Below, piece by piece: positions 46,575 to 59,369 of a stretch of DNA of 64,000 bases (positions are counted from its first letter, which is position 1; the number at the start of each line of letters is the position of its first letter). The notes under the pieces were generated by a model. It ran no database searches and was not told the DNA's origin. It was given only the letters and a program-made list of their open reading frames with translations. The position numbers and the translations under genes are program-made. Source of the stretch: Bacilli bacterium (GTDB lineage Bacteria; Bacillota_I; Bacilli_A; RF39; UBA660); contig JAFSAI010000010.1 of the NCBI GenBank assembly GCA_017441065.1, positions 5,378 through 69,377 of the forward strand. The letters run 5' to 3'.

Positions 46575-46647
46575 AAAATCACCTAAATATATTATGTTTA
46601 TATTCATATATTTTTAATCACTACATTATAATTTATTAGGTGATTTT

Positions 46648-47013
46648 GTGAATAAATTAATAAATTATTTAAAATTTACAAGTATATTTTTAATAATTGA
46701 GTTAATGCTTACTTTTATTATAAGTTTACTTAATTTATTTGGTTTAAATAGTGGTATTACTTCAATTATAATGCTTATTAGTAATGTAGTATTATTCTTT
46801 ATTTTAAATTATATTAATGCATTTAAATTGAAGAAAAAAGGTTTTTTGGAAGGAATACTTTTAGGTTTAATATTTATTATATTAATGATATTAATTAAAG
46901 TTATTTTATTTAATTCTAGCTTTAGACTATCTACTTTTATTTATTATTTAATACTATTTGTTACAAGTGTTTTAGGTGGAATGTTTGGTGTAAACAAAAA
47001 GAGTGATAAATAA
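46648..47013 (+). CDS. Small polytopic membrane protein (YrzE/TIGR04086-like)
   Basis: Four predicted TM helices, a GTG start after aggtga, and adjacency to a DUF421 gene as in Bacillus yrzE-yrbG. Confidence 0.45.
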   Translation: MNKLINYLKFTSIFLIIELMLTFIISLLNLFGLNSGITSIIMLISNVVLFFILNYINAFKLKKKGFLEGILLGLIFIILMILIKVILFNSSFRLSTFIYYLILFVTSVLGGMFGVNKKSDK

Positions 47014-48463
<1,450 letters not shown>

Positions 48464-48548
48464 TTATATCATGTTTTTAGCTTTCTTTAAATACCTTGAC
48501 AAAATCCTAACTTTATTTTATTATATTCCGGCTGAAAGAAGATATAAA

Positions 48549-48989
48549 ATGCAAAGATTTTTTGACAAACAGGTCATTATTAAATTTTATAAAACATTAA
48601 AATTTAATAATTTTAAAACTTTAAATATAGAAAGAATTCAAGAAATAGATGAAATAGTAGAAAGATATCGTCCTATTTTTATTAATAATACAATAGGACT
48701 ATTAACTCTTATGCATTATACTGCAGAAAGATTAATAACTTCTTCAAGAAATTACGGATTAACAAACGGAGATGAAAAAGCATATTTCTATATGAAAATG
48801 GTAGATCCAGATTTCTTATTTTTAGAAGTATATGAAGCTGCCAATATGAAAGATGAAATAAAAGATTTTTCTATGAAAAACTTCAGAATTTATGATGGAG
48901 TTTTAATAAAATTAGAAAAACAATTTAATGAGTTATTTATAATATACGGACCTAATGATTTGTGGTCAAGAGAACGAATAAAGAGATAA
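48549..48989 (+). CDS. Hypothetical protein
   Basis: An ORF with a plausible RBS (gaaagaag). No motif was recognised. Confidence 0.35.
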   Translation: MQRFFDKQVIIKFYKTLKFNNFKTLNIERIQEIDEIVERYRPIFINNTIGLLTLMHYTAERLITSSRNYGLTNGDEKAYFYMKMVDPDFLFLEVYEAANMKDEIKDFSMKNFRIYDGVLIKLEKQFNELFIIYGPNDLWSRERIKR

Positions 48990-49007
48990 AAATCAATTTA
49001 TCTCTTT

Positions 49008-50030
49008 TTATTTTATAAACATTGCATCGCCAAAGGAAAAGAAACGATAATTATTTTCTTTGGCTACTTCATACGCATTTAATATAAATTCTCTTTTTGA
49101 TAATGCACTTACTAACATTAAAAGTGTACTCTTTGGTAAATGAAAGTTTGTGATAAGACCATTTATTGCTAAAAATTTATATCCTGGATAAATAAATATG
49201 TCAGTGTTTCCTGAACATTCTTGAAATTTTCCATATTTACTTGCTACAGTTTCTAACACTCTAGTACTAGTTGTTCCAACTGCATATATATTTCTGTGTT
49301 CTTCTTTAGCTTGATTAAGAATATTTGCAACTTCATTAGTCATTTCATAATATTCACTATGCATATGATGTTCTTTTATATTATCTACTTCAACAGGTCT
49401 AAAAGTTCCTAAACCAACATGTAATGTTACATAACATATAGTTACTCCAATATCTTTGATTTCATCTAATAAATCATTAGTAAAATGAAGCCCTGCAGTA
49501 GGTGCTGCTGCACTACCAATGTATTTAGCATACACTGTTTGATATCTATTTTGTTCTTCTAATGATTCATGAATATATGGTGGAAGTGGCATTAAGCCGA
49601 TTTCTTCAATGATTTCTAAAAATATACCATCATATATAAATTCAACTCTAATAATACCATCTTCTAATTTTTCTTTAACAATACATTTTAATTTTTCATT
49701 AAATATAACTTCAGTTCCTATATGTAATCTTTTTCCTGGTCTAGCAAGACATTCCCATATATCACCTTCAATATTTTTTAATAATAAAACTTCAATATTA
49801 GCATCGGTTTCGCTCTTTTTGCCCATAAGTCTTGCTGGTAGTACTTTTGTATTATTAAGTACTAAAACATCGCCTTTTTTAAAATATTTTTTGATATCAA
49901 AAAATTTTGTATGTTCTATATCACCAGTTTCTTTATTTAAAACCATTAATTTAGATTCACATCTATTATTAAGTGGTGTTTGAGCAATATATTTTTCGTC
50001 TAATTCATAATCATAATCATTTATATTCAT
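49008..50030 (-). CDS. queA: S-adenosylmethionine:tRNA ribosyltransferase-isomerase
   Basis: [29 protein letters not shown] and GTTSTRVLE. Confidence 0.95.
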   Translation of the reverse strand: MNINDYDYELDEKYIAQTPLNNRCESKLMVLNKETGDIEHTKFFDIKKYFKKGDVLVLNNTKVLPARLMGKKSETDANIEVLLLKNIEGDIWECLARPGKRLHIGTEVIFNEKLKCIVKEKLEDGIIRVEFIYDGIFLEIIEEIGLMPLPPYIHESLEEQNRYQTVYAKYIGSAAAPTAGLHFTNDLLDEIKDIGVTICYVTLHVGLGTFRPVEVDNIKEHHMHSEYYEMTNEVANILNQAKEEHRNIYAVGTTSTRVLETVASKYGKFQECSGNTDIFIYPGYKFLAINGLITNFHLPKSTLLMLVSALSKREFILNAYEVAKENNYRFFSFGDAMFIK

Positions 50031-50086
50031 AAAATCACTTCCTTTTAAATTATAAGAAAAAATGGACTAAAAGTCCATCTTAAGTA

Positions 50087-50755
50087 TTATAATAATTCAG
50101 ATATTTTATTGTAGATTTCTTCACTAATTTCTTCAATAGATCGAATGTTATTATCTTTGACACATTCTATTTTAATAAAATCAAATAGGTCAGTCATTTC
50201 TAAATATGCATTTTCAGCATTAATTAAATTATCTTCAGATAATTCATGTTCATCAAGTTCTACTCTATTATTTTGTAATTTTTTAGAATAAGTATAAGGC
50301 ATATGCAAAAATAATTTAATGTCAGGTTTTGGTAACTCTAATAAATCATATTCTAATTTTTCAAGCCATTTAAACATTTCATATCTTTCATTTTTATCTT
50401 TAATTTTACCAGCTTGATGTCCCATATTAGAAGTAACATATCTATCTAATATAACTATGTAATCATTATCTAGATAATGATTTATAACATCAATGTTATA
50501 AAGTCTATCAGCAGCATAATATAATGACGCAACTTTTGCAGGTACATTGTTTGCACCTTCTTTAAACCACCCATGACAAATAGATTCTTTACCTAGATAT
50601 GGACCACCAATAATTCTACCAGTTGGTGTATCATACATCGGAAAAGACATTTTTATAACTTTTTTATTTTCTTCTTCAAATCTTTTTAACAGAATATCAC
50701 TTTGAGTTCCTTTACCAGAACAATCAGTTCCTTCAATAACAATTAATTTTCCCAT
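50087..50755 (-). CDS. tmk: Thymidylate kinase
   Basis: P-loop IVIEGTDCSGKGTQ and the DRY.. motif. Confidence 0.8.
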   Translation of the reverse strand: MGKLIVIEGTDCSGKGTQSDILLKRFEEENKKVIKMSFPMYDTPTGRIIGGPYLGKESICHGWFKEGANNVPAKVASLYYAADRLYNIDVINHYLDNDYIVILDRYVTSNMGHQAGKIKDKNERYEMFKWLEKLEYDLLELPKPDIKLFLHMPYTYSKKLQNNRVELDEHELSEDNLINAENAYLEMTDLFDFIKIECVKDNNIRSIEEISEEIYNKISELL

Positions 50756-50756
50756 T

Positions 50757-51446
50757 TTAAACTCCTATTATTGTACCTAAATTTTCTCCATCAAAATATT
50801 TTTTTATATTTATATAATCATTAAAATTAATTACTAGTATTTTAGTGTTTTTATCTTGGCATTTTTTGATAGCGTATGAATCCATCACTTTTAAATCTCT
50901 ATCTAGTACTTCTTGATAACTTAGAGAACTAAATTTTTTAGCATTTAAATTAATTTTAGGATCACTATCATAAACACCATCGACATTAGTCATTTTGACA
51001 ATTAAATCACTATCTAATTTTTCGCTAGCTAGAACAGTTCCTGAGTCTGTCGAGAAACCACTTTTGCCAACTCCACCACCAAATATTATAATTTCTCCAT
51101 TGTTATATTTATTCTTTAGTTCTTCATCGCTATATTTATTAATTAAACCTGGAAAATCAAATGGTGTTGAGATTGTTGTCTTTAAACCATGCTTTTCTAA
51201 ATAGTCTTTAACATATAACGCATTCATAACTGTACCAAGCATACCAATAGTATCTGCAGTAACTTTATCCATATCAGTATGTTCTCTGCCTCTAAAGAAA
51301 TTACCACCACCGATTACAATACCTATTTGATGTTCATCTTTTAATGATTCAATTGTTTTTAATATAATATCCAATTTATCATTAGATACTAATGAATCAT
51401 TACTTTTTAGTGCTTCTCCACTTATTTTTAATATCATTCTACTCAT
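50757..51446 (-). CDS. pyrH: UMP kinase-family (amino-acid-kinase fold) protein
   Basis: ILKISGEAL and GGGNFFRG motifs. Its context is unusual, between folA and tmk rather than tsf-pyrH-frr. Confidence 0.7.
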   Translation of the reverse strand: MSRMILKISGEALKSNDSLVSNDKLDIILKTIESLKDEHQIGIVIGGGNFFRGREHTDMDKVTADTIGMLGTVMNALYVKDYLEKHGLKTTISTPFDFPGLINKYSDEELKNKYNNGEIIIFGGGVGKSGFSTDSGTVLASEKLDSDLIVKMTNVDGVYDSDPKINLNAKKFSSLSYQEVLDRDLKVMDSYAIKKCQDKNTKILVINFNDYINIKKYFDGENLGTIIGV

Positions 51447-51930
51447 TATTTAACCTCTCATATAAAACATGTCTATATTTTATGCCATTATCTTCGTTTT
51501 CTTTAATTAGTGTTTTCTTCCACTTGCTTTCATCACTTTTTGGAAAATAAGTATCAGCTTCTTTATCTTCAGCATCAACCAAGGTTAAATACATTTTATC
51601 TGCAATAGGATAAAAATAATTATACATTGATGCACCACCTATTATAAAAATTTCATCTTCTTTAGCTTTTATTTCTTTGCTTATTAGTTCATCAATATCA
51701 TTATATAAAGTTATATCTGCATCAATTTCATAAACATCTTTAGCAATAACTATATTTTTTCTTTTAGGCAATGGTTTACCGATTGATAAATAAGTATTAT
51801 AACCCATTATGACTGGATGATTTAATGTTGTTTCTTTAAAAAACTTTAAATCTCCTGGCAAATGCCAAATTAAATCATTATTTTTACCAAGTTCACCATT
51901 TTTTCCAATTGCTGCTATTATACTTATCAT
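51439..51930 (-). CDS. folA: Dihydrofolate reductase
   Basis: MISIIAAIGKNGELGKNNDLIWHLPGDLKFFKETT. Confidence 0.9.
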   Translation of the reverse strand: MISIIAAIGKNGELGKNNDLIWHLPGDLKFFKETTLNHPVIMGYNTYLSIGKPLPKRKNIVIAKDVYEIDADITLYNDIDELISKEIKAKEDEIFIIGGASMYNYFYPIADKMYLTLVDAEDKEADTYFPKSDESKWKKTLIKENEDNGIKYRHVLYERLNNE

Positions 51931-52778
51931 ACAGCCACCGGCATTGATATTTTACCATGATGTTTATAATCAATCAGTTTAATATCTTTTAATTCTTTAG
52001 AATTATCAAATTTAAAGAAATCTTTTATTTCTTCATTTATCCACAATTTTGGAGCTTCAAAATCACCAAGCTCATGATATCTTTTTATTTGTTCTTTTAT
52101 ACCATCGATTTGATTTACATATATATGAACATCTTTAGCATTATAATATAATTTACCTGGTTTTAAACCTGTAACATGAGCCAATAAATGAATTAAAACC
52201 GCATATTGAGTTACATTAAAGGGCATTCCAAGAGGAACATCGTTACTTCTACAAGTAACTATGGCATTTAATTTTCCATCAGTAACATCCCACATACTAT
52301 TCCAAACACAAGATGGTAAAACTGCTGTTTTTAAATAATCATCTTGCCATAAACTCATTATCATTCTACGATCATTTGGATTTTCTTGAATTTTTTTAAT
52401 TAAATTATCAGTCAAACTAAATTTATTTACTATATATCCATATGCTGTACCTATTGTATTAGCATATTCTTTCGGAAATTTTCTGCCTTGATAATTTCCT
52501 TCTTCATCAATTTGCCACTCATTCCAAATCTTTACATTTCTTTCTTGTAACCATCTAACATCATTAGATTTTGCTTGATAGAACCAAAGCAGTTCTAATA
52601 CAGCTGATTTGAATGCAACAAATTTTGTTGTTAATATTGGAAACTCTTCTTCTAAATCAAATTCAAATGATTTAAATGGAAGTTTAATGGTATCTACACC
52701 TGTTCTATTTTCTACTCTTGTTCCTTTTTCTAAAATTTCTTCACATAATTCAATATACTTTTTATCCCACTTAGACAT
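51927..52778 (-). CDS. thyA: Thymidylate synthase (ThyA)
   Basis: DRRMIMSLW and LPSCV motifs. The size is typical of ThyA. Confidence 0.95.
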   Translation of the reverse strand: MSKWDKKYIELCEEILEKGTRVENRTGVDTIKLPFKSFEFDLEEEFPILTTKFVAFKSAVLELLWFYQAKSNDVRWLQERNVKIWNEWQIDEEGNYQGRKFPKEYANTIGTAYGYIVNKFSLTDNLIKKIQENPNDRRMIMSLWQDDYLKTAVLPSCVWNSMWDVTDGKLNAIVTCRSNDVPLGMPFNVTQYAVLIHLLAHVTGLKPGKLYYNAKDVHIYVNQIDGIKEQIKRYHELGDFEAPKLWINEEIKDFFKFDNSKELKDIKLIDYKHHGKISMPVAV

Positions 52779-52789
52779 ATTTAATACTC

Positions 52790-54013
52790 CTAATACATTA
52801 ATGGATGTTCGCTTGTTAACGCTAACACTTCTTCTTTTAATTCTTCTAATATTTCTTTGTTATCTTTATTTTTTAATGCTTTATCGATTATTTGAGCAAC
52901 TTTTCTAAATTCATCTTCTTTAAATCCTCTAGTAGTCATTGCTGGAGAACCAATTCTAATCCCACTTGCTACCATTGCTTTTTCTGTTTCATTAGGAATT
53001 GTATTTTTATTAACTGTAATATGTATTTCATCAAGTAATTTTTCTGCTTCTTTACCAGTAACATTTGCACTTGTTTTAACATCTAATAATATTAAATGAT
53101 TATCAGTACCGCCACTAATTACTTTATATCCTAATTTGATAAATTCATCACACATAGCTTGTATATTTTTAATTACTTGATTCATATATTCTTTAAATTC
53201 GGGTTGTAATGCTTCGTAAAAACTTTGAGCTTTAGCACCAATAACATGCATTAATGGGCCACCTTGAATACCTGGGAAGATAATTTTATCAATCTTCTTA
53301 GCTATTTCTTCATTATTTGTTAAAACAATACCACCTCTTGGGCCTCTTAAAGTTTTATGTGTAGTTGATGTTACTACATCAGCATAAGGAACAGGTGATG
53401 GATGAAGTCCTGTTGCAACAAGACCTGCAATATGAGCCATATCTACAAACATATAAGCTCCAACTTCATCACATATTTCTCTGATTTTCTTAAAATCGAT
53501 TATTCTTGAATATGCTGATGCTCCTGCAATAATCATTTTTGGCTTTTCTTCGATTGCTAATTCCCTCAATTTTTCATAATTAATCACTTCAGTTTCAGGA
53601 TCTACATCATAACTAACTATTTCGTAATCCATACCACTAAAATTTAATTTATAACCATGAGTTAAGTGTCCACCATGATTTAAATTCATTCCCATTACTT
53701 TATCTCCATGATTAAGTAATGCTTTATATACAGCCATATTTGCACTAGAACCACTGTGAGGTTGAACATTAGCGTACTTACACCCAAATAATTCTTTTAA
53801 ATATTCAATAGCACGCGTTTCAAACATATCAATGTATTCACAGCCACCATAATATCTTCTGTTTGAATAACCTTCAGCATACTTATTTGTAAGTATACTT
53901 CCTTGTAGCTCTAAAACTTCTTTAGAAGCATAGTTTTCAGATGCTATTAATTCAATATTTTGTTCTTGTCTTTCTCTTTCTAATTTTAATGCATTTTCTA
54001 AATATTTATCCAC
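52790..54013 (-). CDS. glyA: Serine hydroxymethyltransferase
   Basis: LIASENY, the PLP site [14 protein letters not shown]. Confidence 0.95.
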   Translation of the reverse strand: MDKYLENALKLERERQEQNIELIASENYASKEVLELQGSILTNKYAEGYSNRRYYGGCEYIDMFETRAIEYLKELFGCKYANVQPHSGSSANMAVYKALLNHGDKVMGMNLNHGGHLTHGYKLNFSGMDYEIVSYDVDPETEVINYEKLRELAIEEKPKMIIAGASAYSRIIDFKKIREICDEVGAYMFVDMAHIAGLVATGLHPSPVPYADVVTSTTHKTLRGPRGGIVLTNNEEIAKKIDKIIFPGIQGGPLMHVIGAKAQSFYEALQPEFKEYMNQVIKNIQAMCDEFIKLGYKVISGGTDNHLILLDVKTSANVTGKEAEKLLDEIHITVNKNTIPNETEKAMVASGIRIGSPAMTTRGFKEDEFRKVAQIIDKALKNKDNKEILEELKEEVLALTSEHPLMY

Positions 54014-54015
54014 AA

Positions 54016-54843
54016 TTATTCCTCCCTTAATGTATCTAAAATATTTTCTAATACCATTGCTATTGTCATTGGCCCAACACCCCCAGGAACTGGTGTAATA
54101 TACGATGCTTTTTTAGACACTTCTGCAAAATCAACGTCTCCAACTACTTTTCCGTCTATTCTAGAAATACCTACATCTATAATAACTACATCTTCTTTAA
54201 CCATATCAGCTTTAATAAAATTTGGTTTACCTACTGCACTAATAACTATATCAGCATTCTTTGTAAATTCTTTTAAATCTATTGTTTTAGAATGACACAT
54301 AGTTACTGTAGCATTTCTTTCAATTAATAAATGAAATAGTGGTTTTCCTACTATATTACTTCTATTTATTAAACATACATTTTTACCATCTAAATCTATA
54401 TTATAATTATCTAATAGTTTAATAATCCCTTTAGGAGTACATGATACATGATATGGGCTTCCTAAATATAAATTACCAACGGATATATTAGAAAAGCCAT
54501 CTATATCTTTTTTATAATCTATAGCATTAAAACAATTAGTGATATTTATATGTTTTGGAACTGGACTTTGTAACAATATACCATTAATGTCATTTCTATC
54601 GTTAAGTTCATTAATCAAATTAATTAATTCTTTTTCGCTAACATTTTCATCTAAATGGAACAATTCTGTTTTTATCCCAACGTATTCACATTTTTTTAAT
54701 TTGTTTTTTACATAAACACCACTAGCTTCATCATTTCCAACCCAAATAACAGCAAATCCAATTTCTATATTTTTGCTATTTATTTCTTCTTTTATATTTT
54801 CTATTATTTCGTTACTTAATTTTTTTCCGTCAAGTAAAATCAT
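54016..54843 (-). CDS. folD: Bifunctional methylenetetrahydrofolate dehydrogenase/cyclohydrolase
   Basis: YVKNK, LQSPVP and [10 protein letters not shown]. Confidence 0.95.
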   Translation of the reverse strand: MILLDGKKLSNEIIENIKEEINSKNIEIGFAVIWVGNDEASGVYVKNKLKKCEYVGIKTELFHLDENVSEKELINLINELNDRNDINGILLQSPVPKHINITNCFNAIDYKKDIDGFSNISVGNLYLGSPYHVSCTPKGIIKLLDNYNIDLDGKNVCLINRSNIVGKPLFHLLIERNATVTMCHSKTIDLKEFTKNADIVISAVGKPNFIKADMVKEDVVIIDVGISRIDGKVVGDVDFAEVSKKASYITPVPGGVGPMTIAMVLENILDTLREE

Positions 54844-54844
54844 T

Positions 54845-55858
54845 TTAATCCTCCTTAAAGAAACCTATATTATATGAAATTCCTAAACTTTTATAAGCTT
54901 TTTCTGTTGCTACGCGTCCTCGATTAGTTCTTTTAATAAAACCTTCTTGTAAAAGATATGGTTCAACTACATCTTCTATAGTAGTAACTTCTTCACCAAT
55001 ACTTGTAGCAATGGTTTCTACTCCAACTGGTCCACCATTAAATTTTTCAATCAAACTACTTAAATACTCTCTATCTAAACTATCTAATCCAGAATCATCA
55101 ACATGCAATCTTTTTAATGCTTTTGTAGTAATATCCAAATCAATTATGCCAGTACCTTCAACTAAAGCGAAATCTCTTACACGTCTAAATAATCTATTAG
55201 CTACTCTTGGAGTTTTTCTACTTCTTTTTGCAAGTTCCATTGCTGCATCATCATTTACTTTAATATCAAATACTTTGCCACTTCTCTTAACAATATTACT
55301 AAGTTCATCGTAAGTATAGTATTCAAGTTTGGATACTATACCAAAACGATCTCTTAAAGGACTAGATAAATCTCCAGCTCTTGTTGTTGCCCCAACCAAA
55401 GTAAATGGTGGTAAATTTATCTTAATACTTTTGCTTTTTCCTTCGCCACCAACTACTAAATCAATTTCAAAGTCTTCCATTGCTGGATAAAGAATTTCTT
55501 CTATAAATGATGGCATACGGTGTATTTCATCAATAAATAATACATCGCCAGGTTCTAAATTAGATAAAATTGCCGCCAAATCTCCAGATTTTTCTATTGA
55601 AGGCCCACTTGCAGTTCTTAATGTTGCCCCTAGCTCATTTGCTATAATGTGTGCTAATGTTGTTTTACCAAGTCCTGGAGGCCCATATAATAAAACATGA
55701 TCAAGTGGTTCATCACGCATCATTGCAGCTTTAATAAACACTCTCAAATTTTCTTTTATTTCGGTTTGCCCTACATATTCATCTAAATATTCGGGACGAA
55801 TACTTTTTTCAAATAAATCTTCTTCTCTAGATTCACTACTAATTATTCTATTATCCAT
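54845..55858 (-). CDS. ruvB: Holliday junction helicase RuvB
   Basis: [20 protein letters not shown] and FIDEIHR. Confidence 0.95.
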   Translation of the reverse strand: MDNRIISSESREEDLFEKSIRPEYLDEYVGQTEIKENLRVFIKAAMMRDEPLDHVLLYGPPGLGKTTLAHIIANELGATLRTASGPSIEKSGDLAAILSNLEPGDVLFIDEIHRMPSFIEEILYPAMEDFEIDLVVGGEGKSKSIKINLPPFTLVGATTRAGDLSSPLRDRFGIVSKLEYYTYDELSNIVKRSGKVFDIKVNDDAAMELAKRSRKTPRVANRLFRRVRDFALVEGTGIIDLDITTKALKRLHVDDSGLDSLDREYLSSLIEKFNGGPVGVETIATSIGEEVTTIEDVVEPYLLQEGFIKRTNRGRVATEKAYKSLGISYNIGFFKED

Positions 55859-55933
55859 TTTAACCTCCTGCTATTATTTATATAATATCACTTATATTTT
55901 TTTATTTCAATATATTTTACAAACGTTTGTTTT

Positions 55934-56488
55934 TTATTTTAACAATAATTTTAAGGCTTCTTTTACTTGATTTTCTAACGATTTTGAAGCATCAACTTGG
56001 GAAACAATTTTCTTGATTTCAGCACTTTTATATCCTAAATTTTCTAATACACTGATTAATTCTTCAACATTATTATCTTCTGTGTCTTCCACTTCAATAT
56101 TAAGTTTTCCTTTTAAGTCCAAAATAATTTGTTTGGCTAATTTTTCACCAATTTTAGGAAACTTAGTTAAATATAAAGTATTTTCTTTATTAATTGCATC
56201 AACAACACCCTTAATTGATCCAGTCGCAAAAATACCACTAGCAACTTTTGGCCCCATCCCCTTAACATTTATAAGTTTCATAAACAATTCTTTTTCTTCT
56301 AATGTTTTAAAACCATATAATGAATATTCATCTTCTCTAATATGATTGTATACAAAAACTCGATAAGTATTGTTTAATTCATAACTAAAAGGATTTGGCA
56401 CAAACACTTTATAACCAATTCCATTAACATCTATAACTATACTATCACTATTTTGATATTCTATTTTTCCATTTAAGTAACTATACAT
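55934..56488 (-). CDS. ruvA: Holliday junction DNA-binding protein RuvA
   Basis: MYSYLNGKI.., GIGYKV and HhH motifs (VKGMGPKVA, KFPKIGEKLAKQI). The RBS aaggtga precedes the ATG at 56488. Confidence 0.9.
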   Translation of the reverse strand: MYSYLNGKIEYQNSDSIVIDVNGIGYKVFVPNPFSYELNNTYRVFVYNHIREDEYSLYGFKTLEEKELFMKLINVKGMGPKVASGIFATGSIKGVVDAINKENTLYLTKFPKIGEKLAKQIILDLKGKLNIEVEDTEDNNVEELISVLENLGYKSAEIKKIVSQVDASKSLENQVKEALKLLLK

Positions 56489-56545
56489 AATTATCACCTT
56501 CTTAAGTATACTATAAATTTGAACATAAAAAAAGAACAATTAGCT

Positions 56546-57232
56546 TTATGGATTAACCACTAAACTAATTGCTGCTGCAAATTTTTGTCCTTCAGTTGTA
56601 TTATCATTTAGTCCTGTATGAGTTGTATCTCCTTCATAATAATCAACCCATAAATAAACTTTATAAGTATTAGTAACACCATTTGCAATTGAACCACTAT
56701 CGATTGTATATGATGTACGATTAGCGTAAGAACTAACTGATGATCTACTATTCAAATCTTGTGTTAGATATGTGTAAGCATTTCCACTAGTTAATTTTGT
56801 TAAACCACTTAAATATTTTGTACTAACCAATGTTGTTTCAGACGCACTACCTAATTTTCTTTTAGCATTAATTCTTATTTTGCTATCTGCAATATAACCA
56901 GTTGAATTAGATAAAGATGTTAATGCCAATGTATAATTTACTGCTGTAGCATTATTTGTACAATTATTTTTTACTTGTACTGTTACTGGAGTAACGTTTG
57001 TAAGTGCATAACTATCACTAATAGGATAATTATAATCTAAATCAATTGTGTTTGTTTCACTATAAGATATATTTATACATTCCATTGCTGCATTAACACT
57101 ACCTACAGAAGATGCTGAATAACTTGTTTCTACTTGAAAGAAAGCATAAGTTACTGTTATCCCAACTAAAACTAAAATTGTTACAAAAAGTATTGCATAT
57201 ATTAAATAACTTTCTTTCTTCTCTTTTTCCAT
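56546..57232 (-). CDS. Secreted protein with a SipW-dependent-type signal peptide (TasA/camelysin-like class)
   Basis: The N-terminus ..VGITVTYAFFQVETS matches the TYAFF signature of SipW-cognate signals. The mature part is Ser/Thr/Asn-rich and looks like a beta-sandwich. Confidence 0.5.
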   Translation of the reverse strand: MEKEKKESYLIYAILFVTILVLVGITVTYAFFQVETSYSASSVGSVNAAMECINISYSETNTIDLDYNYPISDSYALTNVTPVTVQVKNNCTNNATAVNYTLALTSLSNSTGYIADSKIRINAKRKLGSASETTLVSTKYLSGLTKLTSGNAYTYLTQDLNSRSSVSSYANRTSYTIDSGSIANGVTNTYKVYLWVDYYEGDTTHTGLNDNTTEGQKFAAAISLVVNP

Positions 57233-57319
57233 AATATCACCCTATATCATACTCTAAAAACATTATAATATATTTAAAATAATTTAGCAATAATTAAAAA
57301 AGAATAGCATTTAAAATTA

Positions 57320-58594
57320 CTATTCTTTAAATTCAAATATATATTCTAGAATTTGAACTTCATCGCCTCTTTTAGCTCCTAATCTTTCTAGTTCATCTTC
57401 TACACCCATACCACGAAGTTTTCTCGCAAATCTTAAAACAGCCTCATCTTCGTTGAATCTAGTCATATTAAATAATTTTTCGATTTCATCACCTTTAATT
57501 ACCCAAATATCACCATCGCGTTCAATTGTATATGGTTTTTCTTCTTTAAATTTAAATATCATATGACTTTCAAATTCGTTATCATTATAAATTGTTTCAG
57601 AATTAATTTCGTCTAATTTATCAGCAACAAAATTCATAAGTTCATTAATACCTTCGTTATTCATTGCACTTATTGGAAATACCGTTTTATCTTTATATGC
57701 TTTTTTGAATTCTTCTAAATTTTCTTTAGCTCCCTCAATATCCATTTTATTTGCAACTATTATTTCTAATTTATTGCTTAATTTATCTGAATATTTATCT
57801 AATTCTTTACGAATAATTTCATAATCTTCAACCGGGTTTCTTCCTTCAATACCACTCATATCAATAATATGACAAATAATTCTAGTTCTCATTGCATGTC
57901 TTAAAAATTTATCTCCAAGCCCAACACCTTCGCTAGCGCCTTCAATCAAACCAGGTAAATCTGCCATCACGAATGTACGATGATCTTGTAATTTAACAAC
58001 GCCTAAATTAGGAGATAAAGTTGTAAAATGATATGCAGCAATTTTAGGTTTAGAAGCACTAATTTGTGATAACAATGTACTTTTTCCTACAGATGGAAGT
58101 CCAACAAGACCAACGTCTGCCAACATTTTTAATTCGCATTTAATCAAACGAATTTCTCCAGGTTCTCCTTTTTCACTAAATTTTGGAGCAGGATTATCGT
58201 GTGTAGCAAATGATTTATTACCTCGTCCTCCTCGTCCACCTTTAGCGATTACAACACTTTGATCTTCGTTTACTAAATCTGCGATAACAAGTCCGGTATC
58301 TAAATCTGTAATAGTTGTTCCCATTGGTACTTTTATAATTACATCTTCAGCATTTGAACCATATTTATTTGACCCTTTACCATGAACACCTTTATCACCT
58401 TTAATTATTTTCATATAACGTAAATCAATTAAAGTTTTTAATCCTTTATCAACTATAAATATTATGTTTGCGCCACGGCCACCATTTCCACCGTCAGGTC
58501 CTCCCATCGGAACACATTTTTCACGACGAAAAGAAGTGCATCCATCTCCACCTGTACCAGCAATAACTTTTAATGTAATTTCATCTACAAACAT
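57320..58594 (-). CDS. obg: GTPase Obg
   Basis: MFVDE..GGDGC glycine-rich Obg fold, G1 GLPSVGKST, and a C-terminal OCT domain. Confidence 0.95.
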   Translation of the reverse strand: MFVDEITLKVIAGTGGDGCTSFRREKCVPMGGPDGGNGGRGANIIFIVDKGLKTLIDLRYMKIIKGDKGVHGKGSNKYGSNAEDVIIKVPMGTTITDLDTGLVIADLVNEDQSVVIAKGGRGGRGNKSFATHDNPAPKFSEKGEPGEIRLIKCELKMLADVGLVGLPSVGKSTLLSQISASKPKIAAYHFTTLSPNLGVVKLQDHRTFVMADLPGLIEGASEGVGLGDKFLRHAMRTRIICHIIDMSGIEGRNPVEDYEIIRKELDKYSDKLSNKLEIIVANKMDIEGAKENLEEFKKAYKDKTVFPISAMNNEGINELMNFVADKLDEINSETIYNDNEFESHMIFKFKEEKPYTIERDGDIWVIKGDEIEKLFNMTRFNEDEAVLRFARKLRGMGVEDELERLGAKRGDEVQILEYIFEFKE

Positions 58595-58682
58595 AATAAA
58601 TCACCAACGTTATTATACCATAAAATCCATAAAATAGTTATTTTGTATGTAATTTTATATAATTTTGTGATATTATTAAAAT

Positions 58683-59201
58683 ATGAAAAAGATAATGATT
58701 ATAATATGTACAATTTTTTTATTAGCAATTGGTGGTATGGTTATTGCATATCTTACAAGTGAGAAATATATAACCAGTGATGAAGCTAAAGCTATTGCGA
58801 TGGAAGATGTTTCCAACAAAGACGGAGAATATTCTTTCAATAGTGTTGAATTCGCTGAAACAAATGACACTTATATTTATACTTTGGTTTTCACCGATAA
58901 AATTAATAATTACACTTATAAAATTAATGCAGAAACCAAGAAAATTATTTCTTCTAAAAAGGAATCCTTAACTAATAATAAAACTTATATGAAAGAAGAA
59001 GATATTTTAGCAATAGTATTTAAGCATTCTAGATTAAATAGAAATGATTGTACTTTACTATCTAACTTAGTTATATTAGAAGATGGAATCCCAATTTATA
59101 ATACTACTTTTTATCACGACAATATAAGATATGATTATAAAACAAACGCTTTTACTGGTGCTATAATATCAGTAATTAAACTTAATGAAAATGCAATATA
59201 A
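58683..59201 (+). CDS. Membrane-anchored tandem PepSY-domain protein
   Basis: TM anchor and two PepSY-like units (ITSDEAKAIAMEDV.. and ..EEDILAIVFKHS..). Confidence 0.5.
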   Translation: MKKIMIIICTIFLLAIGGMVIAYLTSEKYITSDEAKAIAMEDVSNKDGEYSFNSVEFAETNDTYIYTLVFTDKINNYTYKINAETKKIISSKKESLTNNKTYMKEEDILAIVFKHSRLNRNDCTLLSNLVILEDGIPIYNTTFYHDNIRYDYKTNAFTGAIISVIKLNENAI

Positions 59202-59255
59202 ACCTTGCATTTTTTTATTACCTAGGTTATAATTTTTATTGTCAGTAATTTAGAT

Positions 59256-59331
59256 GTCTTCTTAGCTCAGTTGGTAGAGCAACTGACTCTTAATCAGTGG
59301 GTCTAGGGTTCGAATCCCTAAGAGGACACCA
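59256..59331 (+). tRNA. tRNA-Lys (anticodon CUU)
   Basis: Cloverleaf folded by hand. The acceptor is gtcttct/agaggac, the anticodon loop ctCTTaa, the T-arm taggg-ttcgaat-cccta, and CCA is encoded. Confidence 0.9.
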
Positions 59332-59369
59332 TTTTAGACATTTAAAAATCTAGCTAAATGCTAGATTTT

